The translations under genes were made by a program, and so were the position numbers. From Verrucomicrobiota bacterium (GTDB lineage Bacteria > Verrucomicrobiota > Verrucomicrobiia > Verrucomicrobiales > Verrucomicrobiaceae): DNA of 64,000 nucleotides. Of the stretch, positions 57,028 through 64,000 are shown in pieces; the stretch's first letter is position 1; each line of letters opens with the position of its first letter. The DNA lies in assembly GCA_026397715.1 (NCBI GenBank), contig JAPLUN010000685.1, positions 77 to 64,076 on the forward strand, in the 5' to 3' direction. Below the pieces are notes generated by a model that saw only the letters and a list, made by a program, of their open reading frames with translations, made no database searches and was not told the origin of the DNA.

Positions 57028-58656
57028 TCACTTCTTCCCGGACTGCCTGGCCCGAATCACCGGTGCCAGCCACTTGGCCGTCTCATCGGCAATCACGTTG
57101 TAACCCGCGAGGTTCGGATGACGATCACCCGCCCAACCGGGCAGGTGGCCAAAGATGCCGTCGAGGTGGTTGTCGAGTACGACCACGGTCGGATCCGCGC
57201 CAGGCTGAATATAAGGCGTAGCGAAGCCTCGCAGGTTCTCCGGGATCTTCGCCAGTGGATAGCGGCGGTAGTTCAGCATGTCGGGACCCTTCTTCAATTC
57301 CGCAAGGTACCGTGGAGCGATGTCAAAGAGCGTAAGCTTTTCTTCAGCAGCGATCTTCGTGACGACGTCATTGATGTCCGCATGCAAACTCTCAAGCGTG
57401 TAAGGAATGACCGTCATGGGAATGAGCATGGCGTTTGGGTGGTCCTTATGCAGACGAGCGAGCAGCTCACGGAAGTCCTTGGGGAAGTTCTCTTTGAAAT
57501 TCTCGCGTCGGGCAACGTCGTTGATGCCGTAGCGAATGAAGATGTAATCGGCCTGCGGTTTGGTTTTCACCGCCTTTTCGTAGCGGGTGTCGAGCAGCCG
57601 GCGGATGAATTCACCACTCACACCTTCGTTGTAGACATCGCACGGAGGAAGATCAGCCTCGGCAGCCAGTTTGATGCGCAGCGTATCCTCAATCTGCGGC
57701 TCGTCAGGAGCGAGTTTCTTCGGGATGCTGGCCTCGGTAGTGCTGTCGCCAAGCAGAATGATCTGCAGGCGTTTCTTGCCCGCCGTGGCATCGCTGAATT
57801 CGAAAGGCTTGCGACCGATGATCTGATCCGATGTGATCGTGGGGCAAATGCGCTTTTCCACATGAGCAACAAACAGCTCCGTGCCACGGCTATGGTTCAC
57901 AAAGGGCCAGCGTGCGGGATTGTACATGGTATCCGTCAGGTCGCGCATGAGGACAACGTGCTTGCCGTTCTTCGCCATCTGGCGCAGGCCAAAGGGGCGG
58001 CCCGAGACGCACATGTTGAGGTGGACGCCCATGAGGATGACGTTGTCGATGTTCCGTGCTTCGAGAAGGTTCCAGATCTCCACACCGCTGTCGCTGATGG
58101 CATCCTTGTCCTGGTCAATGCGCAGCACATCGATCTGTTTCGTCCACGGTGCCTTTGGATTGAGCCCCTTTGCAGCAAGTTCCTTGGCCCAGGCGGCATG
58201 CTCCACAGGATCATCGTCTTCACCTCCATCGGTTTGATCCAGCGGATACACAGCCATCTCCTCGGCCGGGATTTGTTTGCACCACTCGGCGATCTTGTCC
58301 GGCAGGCGCGCAGCGGTTGGCGCGGACTTCGCACGCTCACGTGCAGGCCTGCCTTCGTAGGGCTTCATGCAGCTGCTGGGTGCATGGATGATGAGCACGC
58401 CATCCTTGCGGGCCTTTTCGAGCACTTCATTCATGCGCGGCGCCATCTCGACCTCACGGGTCACGGCGTTTTTGCAGTGGTGCAGGTCCCACATGTCACA
58501 GACGATGATGGCAGTGCGGGAGGGCAGCCAGGACTCCTTAACCTGCGTCGTTTTACCAGCGGAGGCACGAGATTGCAGGGTGAGCGAGAGGGGCGTTTCC
58601 TGGGCCGTGAGAGCTTGGAGCGAGAGTAGCAGTAAGACGGGAATGAGCAGGCGCAT
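57028..58656 (-). CDS. Secreted fusion protein: isochorismatase-like (cysteine hydrolase) domain + SGNH/GDSL hydrolase domain
   Basis: N-terminal half: AIIVCDMWD ... MGVHLNMCV (D/K/C-type triad context). C-terminal half: LLGDSTTE (block I), EGVSGE (II), YGINDV (III) and GDRHPN (V). Signal peptide from the ATG at 58656. Confidence 0.75.
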   Translation of the reverse strand: MRLLIPVLLLLSLQALTAQETPLSLTLQSRASAGKTTQVKESWLPSRTAIIVCDMWDLHHCKNAVTREVEMAPRMNEVLEKARKDGVLIIHAPSSCMKPYEGRPARERAKSAPTAARLPDKIAEWCKQIPAEEMAVYPLDQTDGGEDDDPVEHAAWAKELAAKGLNPKAPWTKQIDVLRIDQDKDAISDSGVEIWNLLEARNIDNVILMGVHLNMCVSGRPFGLRQMAKNGKHVVLMRDLTDTMYNPARWPFVNHSRGTELFVAHVEKRICPTITSDQIIGRKPFEFSDATAGKKRLQIILLGDSTTEASIPKKLAPDEPQIEDTLRIKLAAEADLPPCDVYNEGVSGEFIRRLLDTRYEKAVKTKPQADYIFIRYGINDVARRENFKENFPKDFRELLARLHKDHPNAMLIPMTVIPYTLESLHADINDVVTKIAAEEKLTLFDIAPRYLAELKKGPDMLNYRRYPLAKIPENLRGFATPYIQPGADPTVVVLDNHLDGIFGHLPGWAGDRHPNLAGYNVIADETAKWLAPVIRARQSGKK

Positions 58657-58683
58657 GGAGGCGATACGCTGCTTGGGGACGCA

Positions 58684-58769
58684 TTTGCGCAAAATCCTTG
58701 GCTTTAGGGTGTGGTGGGCGGCACTTCAATTTATCGAAAGTTTACTTGTATATTATTAAACATAATGTT
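58684..58769. promoter_or_regulatory. AT-rich divergent control region with two perfect palindromes
   Basis: TTTGCGCAAA at 58684-58693 and AACATAATGTT at 58759-58769. This is the most AT-rich stretch in the window and lies directly upstream of the DUF2089-like HTH gene. Confidence 0.3.
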
Positions 58770-58786
58770 CATTTCTGTTTAACTAT

Positions 58787-59089
58787 ATGGAAGATTCCTC
58801 GTCCAACCGCCGCTGGCTCGATTCGCTGGAGGAAGAGGATATTAATTTTTTGAAGCGCTTCCTGCTGGCATCCGGCTCCCTCAAGGAACTGGCCGAGGGC
58901 TACAAGGTCAGCTACCCGACGGTGCGCCTGCGACTGGACCGGTTGATCCAGAAAGTACACGTCTATGATGATGCCAATGCCGGAGATGCGCACGAGCGCC
59001 ACATGCGTGCGCTGGCCGCGGACGGGAAGATCGACACCGCGACCCTGAAAACACTGCTGTCCAGCTACCGCAAAACACAGAAATCCTAA
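58787..59089 (+). CDS. DUF2089-like helix-turn-helix protein (short form, no zinc ribbon)
   Basis: INFLKRFLLASGSLKELAEGYKVSYPTVRLRLDRLI matches the HTH half of DUF2089 proteins. Confidence 0.65.
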   Translation: MEDSSSNRRWLDSLEEEDINFLKRFLLASGSLKELAEGYKVSYPTVRLRLDRLIQKVHVYDDANAGDAHERHMRALAADGKIDTATLKTLLSSYRKTQKS

Positions 59090-59103
59090 ACCAACCGAAG
59101 ACT

Positions 59104-59739
59104 ATGAAGCCGTATCTTTTGATCCTCGCTTTGATGACCACGTATTTGAACGCAGCCGCACCGGCCTTTCCGAATCGACCCTGGAAAGCGGACACGCCGG
59201 GGCTGACGGTGTCCAAATATGTAAGCTATGACAATGCAAACGGTGTGATTGAGGTCATGGCCTCCGACAAGGCGGTCATTCCGGTCTTTGTAGACGCACA
59301 GCCGAATGTCGGCACGAACTCGTACACATTGATGGGAGAAGTTAAATATGAAATGGTAGGCGGCACGGGCTTTCTTGAAACGTGGACAAGCATTGGTGCT
59401 GGCAAGGCCTTCTCCCGGTCACTGGCCGACTACGGCCCAATGGGCAAGCTCACGGGGACGAGTGCGTGGCGTGAGTTTATGCTGCCGATGAACATGATGG
59501 GAGCGTCCGAACCGGTGAAGCAGATCGAGATGAATGTGGTGCTGCCCAACGGCGGGAAGGTGTGGCTGCGGAATCTGAGGCTGGAACCGATGGATTTTGG
59601 CCCGCCCGGCTTCACTCCCATGATGGCGACGATTGGCGGCCTGCTGATCGCCATCACGACTGCTTTGTTGATCTGGCGCAGCAGACGCCGGCGCTCGAGC
59701 GAGAATGAGATCAAACGAATGATGGCGGCCGATGCGTGA
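59104..59739 (+). CDS. Hypothetical exported protein with C-terminal TM anchor
   Basis: Signal peptide MKPYLLILALMTTYLNAAA. C-terminal helix IGGLLIAITTALLIW followed by RSRRRRS. Starts 14 nt after the HTH gene. Confidence 0.55.
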   Translation: MKPYLLILALMTTYLNAAAPAFPNRPWKADTPGLTVSKYVSYDNANGVIEVMASDKAVIPVFVDAQPNVGTNSYTLMGEVKYEMVGGTGFLETWTSIGAGKAFSRSLADYGPMGKLTGTSAWREFMLPMNMMGASEPVKQIEMNVVLPNGGKVWLRNLRLEPMDFGPPGFTPMMATIGGLLIAITTALLIWRSRRRRSSENEIKRMMAADA

Positions 59740-59753
59740 GCCAGGGCCCTCGA

Positions 59754-61076
59754 TTATTTGGAGAGTTTTTGATGCAGTTCGTGGACCTTGCTGGCGATGC
59801 GATCTTCCACGCTTTCCGCCCAACCGGCTGCGGCTTCGTAGCCGCCTTCTTTGAGGACGCGGAGACTGGGGACATAGCCGGTATAGTCATTTGAGTAACC
59901 GGCGACCCAGACACCGGCGGCACCGGCAAATTCACGTTTGAAGCGCAGGGAGTAATCCACCACGACTTCGCTGCCGAGGGTGATGAAGGTGATGTCGTTG
60001 CCGATCTTGATGACCTGCACCGGGTAGTCGTGGTCTGCGCGGCCTGGCTTGGCGTAGGTGAGTTTGATCTCTTCATAGGCAGCACGGATGGGACCCTGAA
60101 CAGGACGCGGATTGACGACGAGAGCCATTTCAACGGCGTTCGAAAGCGAACGACCATGCTGCATGGAAAGCTCCAGATCCGTGACGCCGGGAACAACATC
60201 GCTGCGACGAGGGTAGGGATTCTGATCAGCGCCGCAGCCCATTAAGAACAGAGCGGTGAAGCCGGGGCGGTGCTCCTGGAGGTATTCCTGAGCGAAGCCT
60301 GCGTAGTCACCGCACCAGTTGTAGAAGCCGAGGCTGGTGTTGTGGCAGGCGTAGCCGAACATGGTGGCACGCAGCGTGCCATCGGGCGCTTCGATGCGCA
60401 GGGCAGGCACCTCATGATCCACCGGACCGTCCGGATTGGGCGCTTTATTCGCGTTCGGGTGGTCGGGCGGCAGCGTGTAGTCACGACGGCGATTCATGGC
60501 GAAACCGCAGCGCGCCTTGTTCCAGGTCAGACGTGCGGGCTGCATTTCCTTGAGCGCTTTGCCAATCAGGCCGACGAGGTCGTTTTGCAGCTTTTGCGTG
60601 TATTCCCACAAGTCCTTGGCCTTGGGGTTGTCCTTGTCTGCATCGGTCAAGGGAGTCGTGCGAAGTGAAGGACCGCTGTGCGTATGCGAGGCGTTCATCA
60701 CGAGATGGGCAGGCGGCAGCCCAAACTCCTTCTCCGCACGCTGTGCCACGGCTTGACGTAGAAGCTGCGGCACGCCGATGAGATCCAGCGTGACAAACAC
60801 CAGCTTGTTTCCCTGCTCGTCTTCCAGAGCCAGCGCCTTGGCGAACAGATCCTGAACCTTGCCTTCCGCAGGCTTTTTGCGCCCCGCGTATCCCGCCATC
60901 CAGAGCATCTTCTGCGGCGTCACCGCGACAGTAGCCGTTCCAGCTTTCCAATTCGCAGGCACATGAGGAGCCACCGATTTCGGCGGAGCTGGAGGCGACA
61001 GCGGCGTGGCTCCCGGCGGCGCGGCAAGGACGGCACTGGTAAACAGAACGGCGAGGGAAAAAGCGCGGAGCGACAT
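59754..61076 (-). CDS. Neutral/alkaline ceramidase-like N-terminal domain protein, secreted
   Basis: MAGYAGR..., LVFVTLDLIG and NASHTHSGP motifs. Signal peptide from the ATG at 61076. Confidence 0.65.
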   Translation of the reverse strand: MSLRAFSLAVLFTSAVLAAPPGATPLSPPAPPKSVAPHVPANWKAGTATVAVTPQKMLWMAGYAGRKKPAEGKVQDLFAKALALEDEQGNKLVFVTLDLIGVPQLLRQAVAQRAEKEFGLPPAHLVMNASHTHSGPSLRTTPLTDADKDNPKAKDLWEYTQKLQNDLVGLIGKALKEMQPARLTWNKARCGFAMNRRRDYTLPPDHPNANKAPNPDGPVDHEVPALRIEAPDGTLRATMFGYACHNTSLGFYNWCGDYAGFAQEYLQEHRPGFTALFLMGCGADQNPYPRRSDVVPGVTDLELSMQHGRSLSNAVEMALVVNPRPVQGPIRAAYEEIKLTYAKPGRADHDYPVQVIKIGNDITFITLGSEVVVDYSLRFKREFAGAAGVWVAGYSNDYTGYVPSLRVLKEGGYEAAAGWAESVEDRIASKVHELHQKLSK

Positions 61077-61128
61077 GCACAAACTACGGGAGCGCCCACG
61101 TTGTTTGTTCACTCCGCACCCATCTTTC

Positions 61129-62094
61129 ATGCGCCTCGCCTCTGTCCTCACACCGCTCAACGATCACCATTTGGCCCTCGCGGCCCAGTGCGGCGTCGAA
61201 GAGATCACGGTGCGATATCCAGGGCCGGAATTGGAGCCGCTGCTGCAAACCCAAGCGCAAATCGAGCGCCACGGCATGAAGGTGGGCATCATCGAAGGCT
61301 ATCTTCCCATCGAGAAGCTCAAGCTTGGAAAGGACGATGGCAGTGACATGACCGCGATGAAACGGCTGCTTGAACACATGAGCGAGGCGGAAATCCCGCT
61401 GCTCTGCTACAATTTCATGGCTGGCACCGACTGGGTGCGAACCAAGCTGAATGCCACGGAGCGTGGCGGAGCGCTGGTGACGGCCTTTGATCTCAAAGAA
61501 GCACAGCATGCCATGTCTTTGAACTCGGCGGCGATTCAGGCTGGCAGCGAAACCATCACGGCAGAAGCCCTGTGGGAGAACTTGGAGCACATGCTCGCCG
61601 AGTTGCTCCCCGCGGCAGAAAAACACGGCGTGACGATGGTCATGCATCCCGATGACCCGCCACTGGCCGAATTCGCCGGCAAGGCGCGCATCATGAACAG
61701 CGTCGAAAACTTCGAGCGGCTCATGCGCCTCGCACCAAGCCGGCACAATGCGATCTGTTTCTGCCAGGGCACCTTTGCGGAGATGGGTGCCGATATTCCC
61801 GCCGCCATCCGCCGGCTCGGCCCGCACATTCGCTACGTTCATTTTCGCGACGTGCGTGGCAATGCGGAGTGTTTTGCCGAGACGTTTCATGACAACGGCC
61901 CCACCGACATGGTTGCCGCCATGCGCGCCTATCACGACATCGGCTTCACCGGTCCCATGCGTCCAGATCATGTGCCGCAGCTCGACGGCGAAGAAGAGGG
62001 CGAGCCCGGCTACACCATGCTGGGCCGTTTGTTCGCGTACGGCTACATGCGCGGGCTGATTCAAAGCGTTCAAGCCGGCCAGCCCACATCCTGA
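61129..62094 (+). CDS. uxuA: Mannonate dehydratase (short-form UxuA)
   Basis: CYNFMAGTDWVRT, MHPDDPP, GPHIRYVHFRD, MRPDH and PGYTMLGRL are collinear with UxuA. Confidence 0.85.
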   Translation: MRLASVLTPLNDHHLALAAQCGVEEITVRYPGPELEPLLQTQAQIERHGMKVGIIEGYLPIEKLKLGKDDGSDMTAMKRLLEHMSEAEIPLLCYNFMAGTDWVRTKLNATERGGALVTAFDLKEAQHAMSLNSAAIQAGSETITAEALWENLEHMLAELLPAAEKHGVTMVMHPDDPPLAEFAGKARIMNSVENFERLMRLAPSRHNAICFCQGTFAEMGADIPAAIRRLGPHIRYVHFRDVRGNAECFAETFHDNGPTDMVAAMRAYHDIGFTGPMRPDHVPQLDGEEEGEPGYTMLGRLFAYGYMRGLIQSVQAGQPTS

Positions 62095-62095
62095 C

Positions 62096-63389
62096 ATGAA
62101 GCCACCCAACCCGAATCACGGCTGTCTTCCTCCTTGGAAGACCGACGACCTTCCCGCGCCGCTGCCTTTCAGTTGGCGCAATGCTGAATCTCGAAGCGGT
62201 GCGCTACACGCTCTACACGGGCGAGCCGGTGCTCACGGGATTCATGCGGATGCGGCCGGGATCGCGGATATGGGGCGTGTTTTATGCGCTCGCAGGCTTT
62301 GCGCAGCTCGGCATGCCTGCGGCGGCGGCGGGATGCGCGGGCGTGACGTTTGCAATGCTGCAAGGACGTGCGCCGACGAATGGCGATGCGTCGATGGTGA
62401 CGTGGATCACGGTGGCGCTCGTAGTGATCTCGGCCGTGGTGCTCGCATCAGGCAAAAAGGTCGAGCGACTGCTGGAGCGGCTGTCGTGGATGATGATCAT
62501 CTTCATCTTCGGCTTCCTGCTGTGGGTGAACTTCACCTTTGTGCCGCTCAAGGACTGGACTAGCACGCTGACAGGCTTCTTCTCCTTCGGAGTGATTCCT
62601 GAGAAGGTCGATTTCGTCATGCTGGCAGTGTTTGCAGCGCTCGCAGGCAGCGGCGGCATTGGCAATCTTGCCATCGCCAACTGGTTTCGTGACAAGGGCT
62701 TCGGCATGGCTTCCAAGGCGGGCAACATGGGCGGCGTGTGGAGCACGGAGCAGACACTGGCCCCCGTCGGCAGCGTGTTTCCCATCACCGTGGAAAATTT
62801 GAAGCGCTGGCGCGACTGGTGGCGTTACGCGATCATTGATCAATCCGGCCTGTGGATGCTGGGATGCATCGTGGGCATGTTTTTGATGGTGAACCTGGCC
62901 TCGTCACTGTTTCAGCCCGGCATGCAGGTCACCGGCGTTGCGGCGGGCGTGTTTCAAGCGGCGGAAATGCGCAAGCTATGGGAGGGCTTCTGGATTCTCG
63001 GCCTCATGAACGGCTTTTGGATTCTGTTTTCGACGACGCTGACGAATGTGGATGTGCTGGCCCGCGTGGTGGCAGACATGGCATGGGCGGGCGGTGCGGT
63101 GCCGAAGAAGATGCCGGTCGGGCGGCTCTACGGCCTGCTTTTGCTCGGCTTCACGTTGGTCGCGTGCTTCGGCGCATTCCTTGGCGATGCCAAACTGCTT
63201 CTCATGATTCTCGGTGCCACCGCCGCACCCATCACGGCCTTCTCCGCGCTGCAAATCCTGCGCCTCAACACCACGCTGCTGCCCCGTGAACTGCGCCCGC
63301 CCCTGTGGCGCAAGATCGCGCTCGTCTTGTGCGCCTTGTTTTACGGCTTCATTTCATTCGCCATGTTCCGCCAGATTTTCACCCACTGA
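62096..63389 (+). pseudogene. Nramp-like polytopic transporter with an internal deletion/frameshift near its 5' end (family assignment tentative)
   Basis: A 28-codon stub (MKPPNPNHGCLPPWKTDDLPAPLPFSWRN), coupled to the uxuA stop, is in a different frame from the 402-aa body (62181-63389, ...NLEAVRYTLYTGEPVLTGFMR...). The first one or two TM helices expected between them are absent. Confidence 0.5.
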
Positions 63390-63397
63390 TCCACCTC

Positions 63398-64000
63398 ATG
63401 TCACGCATCACCGCCATCGAAACCGCCATTCCGTCCGGCATCATGCCGAATCTGCTGCTGGTCCGCATCCACACGGAGGACGGGTTCATCGGCTGCGGCG
63501 AAACGTATTACACACCGCATGCCATCGCCGCGTTGATTCACGATTGGATGGCGGAGCGCCTGCTCGGAGCCGATGCGCTGGCGATCGAAGCGCACTGGCG
63601 TTTCATCTATGAGCGCTGCACGCCGTTTGGCCATCCGGGCGCGGAAATGCGCGCGCTGTCGGCCATTGATCTCGCGCTGTGGGACATTCTTGGGCAGGCC
63701 TGCAACCAACCGGTGTATCGCCTGCTCGGCGGGCCGGTGCGTGATGCGATTCCCGTTTATAATACGAGCGGCGGCCCGAGTTACGGCGCGGTGGCAGGTG
63801 CCACGGAAGCTCCACGTCATCCGGGCTGGCCGGGCTATGGCGACATCGGCAGCAAAGGTCCGTTGCAAGACAACTGGGCCTCTCATTTTGCCGCCGGTGA
63901 CCTCGCTGAAGAATTGCTCGCCGAAGGCATCACCGCGATGAAGCTGTGGCCCTTTGATCGCGCGGCACATCGCAACGGCGGTCTGCACATCTCTTGGGCC
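63398..64000 (+). CDS. Enolase-superfamily (mandelate racemase/muconate lactonizing enzyme family) protein, 5' partial at window end
   Basis: My own translation from the ATG at 63398: MSRITAIETAIPSGIMPNLLLVRIHTEDGFIGCGETYY...AIDLALWDILGQACNQPVYRLLGGPVRD. This is a typical MR/MLE N-terminal capping domain. The ORF runs off the window. Confidence 0.8.
   Translation, partial: MSRITAIETAIPSGIMPNLLLVRIHTEDGFIGCGETYYTPHAIAALIHDWMAERLLGADALAIEAHWRFIYERCTPFGHPGAEMRALSAIDLALWDILGQACNQPVYRLLGGPVRDAIPVYNTSGGPSYGAVAGATEAPRHPGWPGYGDIGSKGPLQDNWASHFAAGDLAEELLAEGITAMKLWPFDRAAHRNGGLHISWA

Noticed and set aside
62096-62563. A 155-aa ORF as an independent gene
   Set aside because: Only the first ~28 codons look protein-like. 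The rest is Arg/Ala/Gly-rich read-through overlapping the real transporter frame.
1-64000. Search for CRISPR arrays, tRNA/rRNA genes, IS elements, integrases and prophage genes
   Set aside because: I found no regularly spaced repeats, no cloverleaf-like or rRNA-like stretches in the short intergenic regions, and no transposase, integrase or phage-like ORFs. The only repeat found is the 3927/5503 pair.

Overview
This is a high-GC (roughly 58-60% by eye), very gene-dense chromosomal segment with about 52 protein-coding genes on both strands. I recognised no rRNA, tRNA, CRISPR array, transposase or integrase. The gene content suggests a PVC-group bacterium, most likely Verrucomicrobiota; this is inference only. 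Supporting content: three DUF1501 Tat-signal proteins, PQQ-like propellers, a sulfatase, many signal-peptide hydrolases and a PATR-type beta-strand repeat. Core functions: argC-argJ-argB-argD-argF followed by murI (33.0-39.2 kb), an ArgA-type N-acetylglutamate synthase, thrC, purF, recR, an rlmM-like methyltransferase, a KpsF/GutQ-type isomerase, an LptF/G-type permease and uxuA. Exported or accessory functions: M60-like, M1, M14-like and M20 peptidases, sialate O-acetylesterase, NanA-like lyase, sulfatase, esterases, a ceramidase-like protein and an MBL-fold hydrolase. Most notable observations: (1) a 2,193-aa secreted protein I cannot assign to any family (49.3-55.9 kb), with an internal compositionally distinct linker carrying a single PATR repeat; (2) an overlapping gene array of a ClpX paralogue without a zinc-binding domain, a membrane 'cyclase' whose catalytic residues are all substituted, and recR; (3) a ~65-70 nt direct repeat (a relic of a propeller gene 3' end) bracketing a DUF1501 gene; (4) four to five disrupted genes (two DUF1501, an Nramp-like transporter, a low-GC lipoprotein); (5) almost no spacer at convergent gene ends. 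All family calls come from motif recognition in the supplied translations. No database search was possible, and start codons are approximate.
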